In this document: piece after piece, positions 16,828 through 26,754 of the stretch
Position numbering within the stretch: the first letter of the stretch is position 1
Layout of the letters: every line of letters starts with the position of its first letter
From: a virus
Taxonomy: Duplodnaviria > Heunggongvirae > Uroviricota > Caudoviricetes
Reading direction: 5' to 3' (one strand)
DNA: 29,913 nucleotides
IMG/VR virus record: IMGVR_UViG_2724678986_000028
Program-made: the position numbers and the translations under genes
Notes under the pieces: model-generated
Database searches by the model: none
What the model saw: the letters and a program-made list of their open reading frames with translations, nothing else
Told to the model about the DNA's origin: nothing

Positions 16828-17151
16828 GTGAGCACCATTCAAACAGGGATCACAGAGCAGGTTATTGCGTGGCTCTTTGACCACCTGCCAACGGTGTATG
16901 CAGTAGGCGCGGCTGTCAGCATTTCCGCGCTGATGAGTCTTTATGACGGACGAACACTGGTTCAGACCGTAACGGGATCGCTGGCGTGCGGCGTTCTTGC
17001 CATGGCCGTGGCCGGGTCGCTGCGCTTCTTCGGGATCCCTGAGGATGCAGTGACGTTTTTTGGTGCCTCAATCGGTTTTATGGGCGCAGAGAAAGCACGC
17101 GACAAGGTTATTGCAATATTTGATCGCAGGGTGAAGGAGAGGAACGAATGA
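16828..17151 (+). CDS. Holin
   Basis: 107 aa from GTG 16828 (GGGGGGAG RBS 5 nt upstream); two to three hydrophobic segments and a charged C-terminus; directly precedes the endolysin. Confidence 0.65.
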   Translation: MSTIQTGITEQVIAWLFDHLPTVYAVGAAVSISALMSLYDGRTLVQTVTGSLACGVLAMAVAGSLRFFGIPEDAVTFFGASIGFMGAEKARDKVIAIFDRRVKERNE

Positions 17152-17540
17152 GCAACACATTTAAATTCAGCAGCCGAAGCGAAAAGAATTTGCAGGGTGT
17201 AAATCCTGATCTGGTGAAAGTGACCCGACGGGCGCTGGAAATCTCGGAAGTGGATTTTGGTATCACCGAAGGATTGCGCAGTCGTTATCGTCAGAAGCAG
17301 CTCGTGACCACAGGCAAGAGCCAGACCATGAACAGTCGCCATCTCACAGGGCATGCCGTGGATGTTGTGGCTTATGTTGGCAGCCAGGTGTCATGGGAAT
17401 GGCCGCTGTACGAAAAAATCGCAGCAGCATTCAGACAGGCCAGCCGGGAACTGAATATTCCGGTGGAATGGGGCGGCGACTGGAAGACCCTGAAAGACGG
17501 ACCGCATTTTCAGTTACCACACGGAGCCTATCCGGCATGA
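17148..17540 (+). CDS. Endolysin, peptidase M15-type (L-Ala-D-Glu endopeptidase-like)
   Basis: 130 aa; zinc-ligand pattern HLTGHAVD (H-x6-D) plus a distal His (DGPHFQ) and WGGDW; AGGAGAGG RBS; ATGA overlap with the holin. Confidence 0.75.
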   Translation: MSNTFKFSSRSEKNLQGVNPDLVKVTRRALEISEVDFGITEGLRSRYRQKQLVTTGKSQTMNSRHLTGHAVDVVAYVGSQVSWEWPLYEKIAAAFRQASRELNIPVEWGGDWKTLKDGPHFQLPHGAYPA

Positions 17541-17944
17541 AGCTCTGGCCCACGCTTGGCGTCGCTTTCCTTCTGATTGCCGCATGGGGAACATCCATGC
17601 GTCTGTCGTGGTCGCTGGGCCGGGAGAACGCCAGAAACGAAGCGCAGGCCAGCACCCTGAAAAGTACCGTCGACACACTGAATATCATCAGCGCCGGGGT
17701 ACAGGATATGCAGCAGGTGCTGGCTCAACTCCGCGCGGACAATCAGCAACGCAATCAGGACGGAGAGGTAAGACGTGAACAGCTACGCAACGATATTGCA
17801 AAAGATGAATGCGCCCACGCTTTGCCTGACGCTCGTTTTACTGACAGGTTGCGCAGGCACGCAGAACGCGCCACGGCCAGCGCCGTCAGTCCGGCTTATA
17901 CCGCAGACGCTGACCATGCCGGTAACGCCTCCCCCCTTCCCTGA
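17537..17944 (+). CDS. i-spanin (LysB/Rz-like)
   Basis: 135 aa from ATG 17537 (overlaps the endolysin stop); N-terminal TM segment LWPTLGVAFLLIAAWG followed by a coiled-coil-like region. Confidence 0.65.
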   Translation: MKLWPTLGVAFLLIAAWGTSMRLSWSLGRENARNEAQASTLKSTVDTLNIISAGVQDMQQVLAQLRADNQQRNQDGEVRREQLRNDIAKDECAHALPDARFTDRLRRHAERATASAVSPAYTADADHAGNASPLP

Positions 17945-18086
17945 CCAACCCACATGGGGAAACCTCGGAATATGGGGCGACCGCCTTCTGGATGCACTGG
18001 AAACCTGTAACGCGGATAAACGGGCCATTGCTGAACTGGATAAGAGAATAGCCGAACTGACACACCAGACGGGAGTAACACAATGA
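17805..18086 (+). CDS. o-spanin lipoprotein (LysC/Rz1-like), overlapped architecture
   Basis: Starts in the +1 frame inside the i-spanin and extends beyond it; lipobox LLTGC; Pro-rich mature part. An alternative GTG start at 17775 has a GGAGAGG RBS. Confidence 0.6.
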   Translation: MNAPTLCLTLVLLTGCAGTQNAPRPAPSVRLIPQTLTMPVTPPPFPDQPTWGNLGIWGDRLLDALETCNADKRAIAELDKRIAELTHQTGVTQ

Positions 18087-19802
18087 CCAGTAAGAACTTT
18101 GCACTGATTACAGCCATGACACAGGCTGAACTGACTCAAAAGGTGAATGAACATCTTGCGAAAGGGTGGCATCTTCAGGGGGAGACGCGGGTTGCCTACG
18201 AACCCGGCACCCCGTGGTATCTAATGCAGGCAATGGTGGCCGATGGCACTACAGACATCTCACCTGATTCCCCCCAGCACGGCAGCGTGCCGGAGTGGTA
18301 TTACGTGGTGGTACTTGCTGGTCAATCCAATGCCATGTCATATGGTGAGGGAATGCCGCTGCCGGATTCTTACGATGCGCCCCACCCACGCATTAAGCAA
18401 CTGGCCCGTCGCAACACAGTGACTCCCGGTGGTAAAGCATGCGCATTTAACGACATCATTCCGGCAGATCACTGCCTGCATGATGTTCAGGATATGAGCG
18501 CACTGAATCACCCGAATGCAGACCTGAGCAAAGGGCAGTATGGCTGTGTCGGACAGGGCTTGCATATTGCCAAACGCCTGTTGCCTTACATTCCACAGAA
18601 TGCCGGGATTTTACTGGTTCCATGCTGTCGTGGTGGTTCGGCATTCACCCAGGGCGCGGAGGGGACATTCAGCGAGTCCACAGGAGCCAGTCAGGATTCG
18701 GCTCGCTGGGGTGTGGGTAAACCTTTATATCAGGACCTGATTTTGCGCACGAAGGCCGCATTGCAGAAAAACCCAAAAAACATGCTGCTGGCCGTATGCT
18801 GGATGCAGGGCGAATTTGACATGAGCGCCGCTACGTACTCACAGCAACCTCCGCTGTTTGCGGCCATGCTGAAACAGTTTCGTGCGGACATTACCGAGTT
18901 TAACACGCAGTGTCATGGAGGCAGAGCGGCAAGTGTGCCATGGATTTGTGGTGACACGACGTATTACTGGAAAAACACCTACGGCACGCAGTACGACACC
19001 ATTTACGGGGCGTACAAAAACAGGGAGAGCGACAACGTTTTCTTTGTGCCATTCCTGACCGATGGTAGTGGCAACAATACCTCCACCAACGCACCAACGG
19101 AAGATCCGGATGCTGCAAGTGAGGGATATTACGGTTCGGCATCCCGAACGAACAAAAACTGGGTATCATCAAATCGCCAGACGCATTTCAGTTCATGGGC
19201 GCGCNNNNNNNNNNNNNNNNNNNNNNNNNNNNNNNNNNNNNNNNNNNNNNNNNNNNNNNNNNNNNNNNNNNNNNNNNNNNNNNNNNNNNNNNNNNNNNNN
19301 NNNNNNNNNNNNNNNNNNNNNNNNNNNNNNNNNNNNNNNNNNNNNNNNNNNNNNNNNNNNNNNNNNNNNNNNNNNNNNNNNNNNNNNNNNNNNNNNACTG
19401 ACCAACAATCAGTTCGGTCTGGGAATTTATCTGTATACCGATGTAGCGTTACCTGACGTCGTGGCGATGACCGGGACTGGTAACCCGTTCCTGATGTCGT
19501 TCTTCACCCAGACCACAGACGGCAAACTGAATCTGATGCATCACAAGAAAGCAGGAAACACAAAGTTGGGCGAGTTCGGGAATTACAGTAACGACTGGCA
19601 GACGCTGGAGCTGGTGTTCACCGCCGGCAGTGCCACGGTTACTCCGAAACTGAATGGAGTGGCTGGCCCGGCATTCCAGGTCATAAAAGACAGTCTGACA
19701 CTGGGGCTGAATGCACTGACGCTGACGGATATTACCAAAAATGCAACGTATGGCGTTGAGATAGAAAGTCTGGTGCTGGAAATAAATAGTCCTGCAGCGT
19801 AA
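18083..19802 (+). CDS. DUF1737 + SASA/SGNH-type carbohydrate esterase (NanS-p-like), interrupted by an assembly gap
   Basis: ATG 18083 overlaps the o-spanin stop (ATGA). N-terminal MTSKNFALITAMTQAELTQKVNEHLAKGWHLQGE (DUF1737-like) is followed by VVVLAGQSNAMSYGEG (the GQSNM-type serine motif of sialate O-acetylesterase-family hydrolases). The 5' part runs 18083-19204 and the 3' part 19397-19802 in another frame, because the N run has arbitrary length. Confidence 0.6.
19205..19396. other. Assembly gap (192 N)
   Basis: Uninterrupted run of n; the true length and sequence are unknown. Confidence 0.95.
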
Positions 19803-19825
19803 GGAAGAACAGGAGAGCAAAACAG

Positions 19826-20293
19826 ATGCTTAAGACAAACAGCCTCCGGAAGGGCATGATTCATGGGTGTCGCTGGTGTCAGGCCAACCCGGAAAAATTC
19901 ACCATTTTCGTGGAGAGCGGCAACATTGAAACGACCGGAGAAACGCCCTCGTTTGTTTACCGCTATCAGATGGTGATGTTTGTCATGGATTACGCCGGGG
20001 AGCTGGACGACCTCACGCTGCCGCTACTGGCGTGGTTATCCGAAAATCAGCCGCAATTGTTGCTTAATCCGGAGCGTAATCAGGACATCAAATTCTCCGC
20101 CGTTATCAATGACGATGACAGCGCCGATCTCCTGTTTACGCTCCCTCTGCGGGAACGCGTTCGCATCACGCGCAGCAGTCAGGGGGCACCGCAGGCAGAA
20201 CACCTGCAGGAGCCAAAACCCCGTCTGCCATCTTCCGAAGGCGACTGGTCGCATGTATTCCAGGATGTGACGTGGGGTGAAAGCGATGGATAA
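19826..20293 (+). CDS. R: Tail completion protein, P2 gpR family
   Basis: 155 aa; MLK..SLR, IFV..G.I, LPLLAWL.ENQP blocks match gpR as recalled; AGGAG RBS. Confidence 0.8.
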   Translation: MLKTNSLRKGMIHGCRWCQANPEKFTIFVESGNIETTGETPSFVYRYQMVMFVMDYAGELDDLTLPLLAWLSENQPQLLLNPERNQDIKFSAVINDDDSADLLFTLPLRERVRITRSSQGAPQAEHLQEPKPRLPSSEGDWSHVFQDVTWGESDG

Positions 20294-20921
20294 GGCATTC
20301 ACCCGCGTGGATGAAACCTTTGAGGCTATCCGCGACAGCCTGAATCAGCAGGCCATCAATAACATCGCCAGAAAGCTGGCACAGGATTTATGCCGCGCCC
20401 AGCAGGCGCGTATCCGGTCACAGAAAGCGCCGGACGGGACCGCGTGGACACCACGCAGACGCCGCGTAACCCGGATACAGGAGCGCATTCGCTTTATCTG
20501 GAATAACGAAGCACGCACGCTGAAAAACTGGCATCACGACACGGGGAAATACGGGCGAACCATTACCGGGTGGGATGAGGATAAAAACAATATCCGCACG
20601 TTTTACCGGGATGACATCGACCGCTTTCTGGAAATACGCACCCGGCGCATCAACCAGGACAGCACAAAGCGCGTCCCCATGTTCGTAAAACTGCGCACCG
20701 CCCGCTACCTGAAAGCCCGTGCAGATGCTTCCGGTGTGACGGTGGGTTACAGCGGCGTGGCCGCACGTATTGCCCGCGTTCATCAGTTCGGTGAGCGCGA
20801 TCAGGTTGCGCCGGGCATTTTCACCGATTACCCGGTACGTGAGCTGTTGGGCATCAGTCAGGCAGATGAACGCCTGATTTATAACACGGTGCTGGGCCGG
20901 ATTGCGGAGGCTGTACGGTGA
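20286..20921 (+). CDS. S: Tail completion / virion morphogenesis protein, P2 gpS family
   Basis: 211 aa from ATG 20286 (an alternative GTG lies at 20277); overlaps R by 8 nt; sits in the gpS position before V. Confidence 0.7.
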   Translation: MDKAFTRVDETFEAIRDSLNQQAINNIARKLAQDLCRAQQARIRSQKAPDGTAWTPRRRRVTRIQERIRFIWNNEARTLKNWHHDTGKYGRTITGWDEDKNNIRTFYRDDIDRFLEIRTRRINQDSTKRVPMFVKLRTARYLKARADASGVTVGYSGVAARIARVHQFGERDQVAPGIFTDYPVRELLGISQADERLIYNTVLGRIAEAVR

Positions 20922-21499
20922 GCGCAGAACTCATGCGACTGCTGAGCAACATCATCCGCACTGGGATCATCTCTGAAGTTGATGAGAAGTCCTGGTGCGT
21001 GCGCGTTCGCAGCGGCGAACTGGAAACAGGCTGGTTGCGCTGGAACACCACGCGCGCGGGAGCCTTCAATGTGTGGCTGCCGCCATCACCCGGCGAACAG
21101 GTGGTAATTGCCTGCATTGGCGGCAACCCGGAAACCGCCATGATAATTGGCAGCCTGTGGAGTGATGCCAATCCGGCCCCCGGCAAAAGCCTGAAAGAAA
21201 TCGTGGTCAGCGCGCCGGATGGCGCGGTGTTCCGCTACGACGCGGACGCAGGCGCACTGAGCGCCAGCGGCATGAAAACGGCCACCCTGCAGGCATCCGT
21301 CAGTGTGACACTGGACACGCCCGTCGTGGAATGCACAGACCTTCTGAGAACGGCGACGCTTGACGTCACAAAAGGGGGAAAGATGAGCGGCAATATCACG
21401 CACAGCGGCGGCAATTTCACCTCAAACGGCATCACAGTGCATACGCATAAACACGGTGGCGTTAAAGGTGGCAGCGATTCGACAGGAGGCCCGCAGTGA
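20918..21499 (+). CDS. V: Baseplate spike, P2 gpV family
   Basis: GTG 20918 overlaps the S stop; IRTGII, W..RAG, GEQV, HTGG.F.SNG..HTHKH blocks match gpV as recalled. Confidence 0.8.
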   Translation: MSAELMRLLSNIIRTGIISEVDEKSWCVRVRSGELETGWLRWNTTRAGAFNVWLPPSPGEQVVIACIGGNPETAMIIGSLWSDANPAPGKSLKEIVVSAPDGAVFRYDADAGALSASGMKTATLQASVSVTLDTPVVECTDLLRTATLDVTKGGKMSGNITHSGGNFTSNGITVHTHKHGGVKGGSDSTGGPQ

Positions 21500-21846
21500 C
21501 AACCCGCTACACAGGAATGAACCCGGACGGAACGGGAAACCTGAACGATATGGAGCATCTGAAACAGTCAGTCAGGGACATCCTGACCACCCCGCTGGCA
21601 AGCCGGGTTATGCGACGGGAATATGGCAGCCTTGTGCCCGATTTAATTGACGAACCCATGAATAACACCACTCGTCTGCAATGCATGAGTGCTGCCGTGA
21701 TTGCGCTGACACGATGGGAACCCCGCATTGCCCTGGACGCCATCGACGTTGTCTGGAAGGCAGGAGGCCGCGCCGGGGTGACGCTGTCGGGCACTGTCAT
21801 GCAGACCATGCAGAATGTTGAATTAACCATCACGCTGAGGGAGTAA
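21496..21846 (+). CDS. W: Baseplate wedge protein, P2 gpW family
   Basis: GTG start overlapping the V stop; N-terminus MTTRYTGMN vs P2 MTARYLGMN; SRVMRREYGSL block. Confidence 0.8.
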   Translation: MTTRYTGMNPDGTGNLNDMEHLKQSVRDILTTPLASRVMRREYGSLVPDLIDEPMNNTTRLQCMSAAVIALTRWEPRIALDAIDVVWKAGGRAGVTLSGTVMQTMQNVELTITLRE

Positions 21847-21849
21847 ATC

Positions 21850-22746
21850 ATGCCTGCCGTTGACCTTTCCCAGTTACCGGAACCCGCCATCATCGCGGAG
21901 CCTGACTTTGAGGCAATTCTGGCTGACACAAAGGCCATGATGATTGCGTCCTATCCTGCCGAACAGCGTGAAGCCGTCTCCGCCGCGCTGGAGCTGGAAT
22001 CGGAACCCCTGAACGTTATCGCCCAGACAACAGCGTTTCGTGAAATGCTGTTACGCCAGCGGGTCAATGAGGGGGCACGCGCCTGCATGTTAAGCCACAG
22101 CGCCGGGACAGACCTGGACAACCTCGCGGGCAATATGAACACAAAGCGCCTGACCATCACTCCGGCAACGGATACCACCGACGCAGTGATGGAAAGTGAC
22201 ACCTCGCTGAGACTGCGGGCGCAGCGGGCGTACGATGGCCTGAGTGTTGCTGGCCCGTCAGGTGCATACGAGTATTTTGCCCGCAGCGCCAGCGGTCTGG
22301 TGCGTGATGCGCGGGCTATCAGTCCGTCTCCGGCAAATGTGACGGTTTCCATCCTGTCCACTGAAGGCGACGGCACAGCAACGGAGGCGTTGCTTAATAC
22401 CGTTCGCGCCGTTCTGAATGCAGAGGATACCCGCCCGGTGGCCGACCGCCTGACGGTACAGAGCGCCAGAATCGTGACATGGCGGCTGAATGCAAAACTG
22501 TACTTTTACCCCGGCCCGGAATCCGAACCTATTCTGGCGGCGGCTGAATCGTCGTTCAGGAAGTGGCTGGCTGAGCAGGGGCTTATCGGTCAGGACGTGG
22601 CGTTGTCCGCCATTGCTGCCGCACTGCATGTGCACGGTGTGCAACGCGTGGAGATAATCGAACCCACACAGAATATGGCCATCAGCGACATACAGGCGGC
22701 GCGCTGTGAGTCGTTCACCATCAGCGAAGGTGGGCGCAATGAGTAA
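21850..22746 (+). CDS. J: Baseplate protein, P2 gpJ family
   Basis: 298 aa; position and size match gpJ. Confidence 0.85.
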   Translation: MPAVDLSQLPEPAIIAEPDFEAILADTKAMMIASYPAEQREAVSAALELESEPLNVIAQTTAFREMLLRQRVNEGARACMLSHSAGTDLDNLAGNMNTKRLTITPATDTTDAVMESDTSLRLRAQRAYDGLSVAGPSGAYEYFARSASGLVRDARAISPSPANVTVSILSTEGDGTATEALLNTVRAVLNAEDTRPVADRLTVQSARIVTWRLNAKLYFYPGPESEPILAAAESSFRKWLAEQGLIGQDVALSAIAAALHVHGVQRVEIIEPTQNMAISDIQAARCESFTISEGGRNE

Positions 22747-23269
22747 TTCACTGTTACCACCATCAGCCAGCAGTTTCATGCGTTGTGCCGAAGCTGTCGG
22801 AACGCGCATTACAGACATCCCGGTAGACCTCAACACGCTGTGGTCGCCGGACACCTGCCCGGTGCACCTGCTGCCTTATCTCGCCTGGGCATTTTCCGTT
22901 GACCGCTGGGATCGCAACTGGCCGGAAGAGACAAAACGACAGGTGATTCGTGATGCATGGCTGATACACCGACACAAAGGGACCATCAGCGCACTGCGCA
23001 GGGCCATTGAGCCGCTGGGATACCTCATTCGCGTGTCTGAGTGGTGGGAGTTCGGCGGAGAACCGGGAACATTTACCGTTGAAGTCGGCACACTGGACAG
23101 TGGCGTGACGGAGGAAATGTATCTGGAAATGGAGCGGTTGATTGCTGATGCCCGTCCGGTCAGCCGCCACATGACAGGGCTGAATATCATTCAGGAAATT
23201 CCGGGGGATATTTTTGCAGCGGCGGCAACTCATGACGGTGAAGTTATTACCATTTATCCGGACGATTAA
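22739..23269 (+). CDS. I: Baseplate protein, P2 gpI family
   Basis: 176 aa from ATG 22739 (overlaps J by 8 nt); [21 protein letters not shown] and [12 protein letters not shown] blocks match gpI as recalled. Confidence 0.8.
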   Translation: MSNSLLPPSASSFMRCAEAVGTRITDIPVDLNTLWSPDTCPVHLLPYLAWAFSVDRWDRNWPEETKRQVIRDAWLIHRHKGTISALRRAIEPLGYLIRVSEWWEFGGEPGTFTVEVGTLDSGVTEEMYLEMERLIADARPVSRHMTGLNIIQEIPGDIFAAAATHDGEVITIYPDD

Positions 23270-23271
23270 GC

Positions 23272-25404
23272 ATGAGTACCACAACACGAAAATTTAAAAC
23301 CGTTATCACCGATACAGGTGCCAAAAAATTAGCTCAGGCAGCCGCGCCAGATGGTAAGCCTGTCCGCCTGACTCATATGGCCGTGGGCGACGGTGGCGGC
23401 GCGTTGCCCACACCAGACAGTAAGCAGACCCGTCTGGTGCATGAGGTGTGGCGACACACTGTTAATCGCGTCATCCTGGACGCAACACATCAGAACCGCA
23501 TTATTGCGGAGCTGGTTATTCCTCCAGAAACGGGCGGATTCTGGATCCGGGAAATTGGTGTGTTTGATGAGCACGGCGATTTAATCGCGGTGGGCAATAC
23601 TGCCGAAAGTTACAAGCCAGCCGTTGCCGAAGGGTCCGGACGTGCACAAACATTTCGCACCATTCTGACCGTATCCAGCACTGCCACTGTGGCGCTTACC
23701 GTGGATAACACCATGGTGATGGCCACAGTGGATTACGTGGATAACAAACTGAAAGAGCATGAACAGTCACGATGTCACCCGGATGCCTCGCTGACCGCAA
23801 AAGGCTTTGTTCAACTCAGTAGCGCCACTAACAGCGATTCTGAAACGCTGGCTGCAACGCCGAAAGCGGTTAAGGTCGCGTATGATCTTGCTAACGGAAA
23901 ATATACAGCGCAGGATGCCACAACAGCGCGAAAAGGCCTTGTCCAGCTTAGTAGTGCAACCAACAGTACATCTGAAACGCTGGCGGCAACATCAAATGCA
24001 GTAAAAGCTGCCTATGACAATGCTGAAAAACGTCTGCAGAAAGCTAAGAATGGTGAGGATATCTCTGATAAAGACACCTTTACGAAAAATATCGGTGCCT
24101 GCCGTGCATATAGTGCAGAGCTGAATATTGGTGGAGATAGTGAAGCATGGACAACTGCGCAGTTGATTTTTTGGCTAGAGAGTCAGGGGGCATTTAACCA
24201 TCCTTACTGGATGTGCAAAGGCTCATGGGCTTATGCAAATAATAAGGTCATTACAGATACAGGTTGCGGAAGTATTTGTCTTGCAGGTGCTGTTGTGGAA
24301 GTTATTGGCACCCGCGGCGCAATGACCATACGCATTACCACACCGAGTACATCCAGCGGTGAAGGCATCCCTAATGCTCAATTTACTTATATTAATCATG
24401 GTGATGCTTATGCTCCTGGCTGGCGAAGGGACTATAACTCCAGGAATAAGCCAACAGCATCAGAGATCGGGGCGTTACCGTCAGATGGGACAGCAGTATC
24501 GTCAGTTAATCTGGCTTCAAAAGGTCGGCTGACCGCCCTGACAGATAATATGCAGGGGGCCACAGGTCTGGAGTTATACGAGGCGTATAACAACGGATAT
24601 CCAACAACGTATGGAAATATCATTCACCTGAAAGGGATGACAGCCGTTGGCGAAGGCGAATTACTCATCGGCTGGAGTGGTATAAGCGGTGCTCATGCTC
24701 CGGCATTTATTCGTTCACGACGGGATACGACCGACGCAAACTGGTCGCCGTGGGCGCAGCTTTACACCTCGGCTCATCCTCCTGAAGAGTTTTATCCAGT
24801 CGGTGCACCGATTCCGTGGCCATCAGATACCGTTCCGTCTGGTTATGCCCTGATGCAGGGGCAGACTTTTGACAAATCTGCATACCCGAAACTTGCAGTC
24901 GCTTATCCGTCAGGCGTTATTCCTGATATGCGTGGCTGGACGATTAAGGGCAAGCCCGGCAGTGGTCGTGCCGTATTGTCTCAGGAACAGGACGGCATTA
25001 AATCGCACACCCACAGCGCCAGCGCATCCAGTACGGATTTGGGGACGAAAACCACATCGTCGTTTGATTACGGTACTAAAACGACCAGTTCATTTGATTA
25101 CGGCACAAAAACTACGAATAGCGCTGGAAATCATTCACACAATATACCTGTTGGTCACACTGGCGCGGGGAATGGTGTATCAGCCGGTTATAACGCTGCG
25201 TTAGGTACTGGTACCACGTCGAGCGCAGGCGAGCATGCTCACAATGTATATATCGGTGCCCATAACCACACTATCGGCATTGGTGCTCATGCCCATTCTG
25301 TCATTATTGGTCCCCACGGACACACCATCACCGTTAACGCTACGGGTAACGAAGAAAACACCGTAAAAAACATCGCATTTAACTATATTGTGAGGCTTGC
25401 ATAA
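23272..25404 (+). CDS. H: Tail fibre protein, P2 gpH-like N-terminus with a mosaic C-terminal receptor-binding region
   Basis: 710 aa; conserved N-terminal about 150 aa; two phage-fibre repeats ([25 protein letters not shown]); [10 protein letters not shown] tandem repeats; His-rich HxH run ([31 protein letters not shown]). Confidence 0.85.
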   Translation: MSTTTRKFKTVITDTGAKKLAQAAAPDGKPVRLTHMAVGDGGGALPTPDSKQTRLVHEVWRHTVNRVILDATHQNRIIAELVIPPETGGFWIREIGVFDEHGDLIAVGNTAESYKPAVAEGSGRAQTFRTILTVSSTATVALTVDNTMVMATVDYVDNKLKEHEQSRCHPDASLTAKGFVQLSSATNSDSETLAATPKAVKVAYDLANGKYTAQDATTARKGLVQLSSATNSTSETLAATSNAVKAAYDNAEKRLQKAKNGEDISDKDTFTKNIGACRAYSAELNIGGDSEAWTTAQLIFWLESQGAFNHPYWMCKGSWAYANNKVITDTGCGSICLAGAVVEVIGTRGAMTIRITTPSTSSGEGIPNAQFTYINHGDAYAPGWRRDYNSRNKPTASEIGALPSDGTAVSSVNLASKGRLTALTDNMQGATGLELYEAYNNGYPTTYGNIIHLKGMTAVGEGELLIGWSGISGAHAPAFIRSRRDTTDANWSPWAQLYTSAHPPEEFYPVGAPIPWPSDTVPSGYALMQGQTFDKSAYPKLAVAYPSGVIPDMRGWTIKGKPGSGRAVLSQEQDGIKSHTHSASASSTDLGTKTTSSFDYGTKTTSSFDYGTKTTNSAGNHSHNIPVGHTGAGNGVSAGYNAALGTGTTSSAGEHAHNVYIGAHNHTIGIGAHAHSVIIGPHGHTITVNATGNEENTVKNIAFNYIVRLA
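25042..25122 (+). repeat. Tandem 30-nt (10-aa [10 protein letters not shown]) repeats inside the tail fibre gene
   Basis: Units at 25042-25071 and 25072-25101, with a partial third unit; copies differ at synonymous positions. Confidence 0.6.
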
Positions 25405-25982
25405 TGACATTCAGAATGAGTGAACACTCACGGACCATAAAAATTTATAATCTACTGACCGGAACCAATGAGTTTATTGGTGAAGGTGATGCATACATTC
25501 CACCTCATACAGGTCTGCCTGCAAACAGTACCGATATTGCCCCGCCAGATATTCCGGCTGGCTTCGTGGCCGTTTTCAACAGTGATGAGGCATCGTGGCA
25601 TCTCGTTGAAGACCATCGGGGTAAAACGGTTTATGACGTGGCATCAGGGGACTCGTTATTTATTTCTGAACTCGGTCCATTACCGGAAAATGTTACCTGG
25701 TTGTCGCCGTATGGAGAGTATCAGAAGTGGAACGGCACATCCTGGGTGAAAGATGCAGAAGCAGAAAAACTGTTTCGGATAAGGGAGGCGGAAGAAACAA
25801 AAAACAGCCTGATGCAGGTAGCCAGCGAGCATATTGCGCCACTTCAGGATGCCGTAGATTTGGATATTGCAACGGAGGAAGAGGCATCGTTACTGGCTGC
25901 ATGGAAGACATACCGGGTATTGTTGAATCGTGTTAATACAGCGGTAGCAGCGGATGTTGAGTGGCCAGTCGCCCCACAATAA
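25404..25982 (+). CDS. Tail fibre assembly chaperone (gpG/Tfa family)
   Basis: 192 aa; ATGA overlap with H; C-terminal [22 protein letters not shown]...WP is typical of Tfa-family chaperones. Confidence 0.8.
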   Translation: MTFRMSEHSRTIKIYNLLTGTNEFIGEGDAYIPPHTGLPANSTDIAPPDIPAGFVAVFNSDEASWHLVEDHRGKTVYDVASGDSLFISELGPLPENVTWLSPYGEYQKWNGTSWVKDAEAEKLFRIREAEETKNSLMQVASEHIAPLQDAVDLDIATEEEASLLAAWKTYRVLLNRVNTAVAADVEWPVAPQ

Positions 25983-26018
25983 AGAGAAAAAGCCATCGAT
26001 TGAAATATAGATGGCTTT
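25983..26018 (-). terminator. Intrinsic terminator-like hairpin at the convergent junction, oriented for the minus-strand gene
   Basis: Perfect 9-bp stem AAAGCCATC(25989-25997)/GATGGCTTT(26010-26018) with a 12-nt loop; on the minus strand it is followed by a T-rich tract (plus-strand A-run 25981-25988). Sits between the Tfa stop and the acetyltransferase stop. Confidence 0.5.
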
Positions 26019-26025
26019 ATGTACT

Positions 26026-26598
26026 CTATTTATACAATACAACACCGCTCTTTTTAGTTATATATGTGCAGTTCGATGGTATATCTTTATTTATAAAAGA
26101 CATTGCACCTATTTTTACATTATCCCCAATTTTACGTGATAATCCAATGATGCAACAATTAGCTCCGATATCAACGTTACTACCAATTTTTACTCTTGAA
26201 CCAGGCATGTCACCATCTATCTGTCCAATGGTAGTATTCTGTCGTAACACCAGATTTTCACCAGCATCAACAGCAAAATGAACAACAATTCCAGCATGAT
26301 GGGGAATTGTTAACCCTTTTCCAATATTTGCGCCCAATCCAATTTCACAACCAAATTTGTTAATTATTTTACTGTTTAACTTTTTGGCTGCTTTCTTATG
26401 TAATTTATTACCATTAATATACATTTCGTTAGCCAACCGCCACCAGAAAAGGAAATTCCGGTTACGCTGTTTTTTCTCTCTTAAAAGCCTCCAGATATCC
26501 ATACGTTTCCGCCGAATTACTTCATATTTCCAGAAGTTTTTTAAATTAGTAGAGTCCCCAAATAAAACAAAGTGAATTGCCATTAAGTAAGACAGCAC
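26026..26598 (-). CDS. Hexapeptide-repeat (left-handed beta-helix) acetyltransferase, serine-acetyltransferase-like; candidate polysaccharide O-acetyltransferase (cargo)
   Basis: Start chosen at GTG 26598 (AAGGAG 7 nt upstream); an alternative ATG lies at 26583 and the track start at 26631. Hexapeptide repeats VKIGSNVDIGANCCIIGLSRKIGDNVKIGAMSFI and a SAT-like GLTIPHHAGIVV block. The region is strongly AT-rich compared with the backbone. Confidence 0.7.
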   Translation of the reverse strand: MLSYLMAIHFVLFGDSTNLKNFWKYEVIRRKRMDIWRLLREKKQRNRNFLFWWRLANEMYINGNKLHKKAAKKLNSKIINKFGCEIGLGANIGKGLTIPHHAGIVVHFAVDAGENLVLRQNTTIGQIDGDMPGSRVKIGSNVDIGANCCIIGLSRKIGDNVKIGAMSFINKDIPSNCTYITKKSGVVLYK

Positions 26599-26754
26599 GA
26601 TAATCTCCTTAATTATTATTTCAGACCACACATATTATAAGGTTAAGAGATTATAAAATCCTGTTGTTTGTTATTCAAAAACAATTTTCTGAGAAGGACA
26701 TACAACAGCAAGTCGCCAGTCACCTTCATCAGGAAATTGGCGACATACGTTAAA

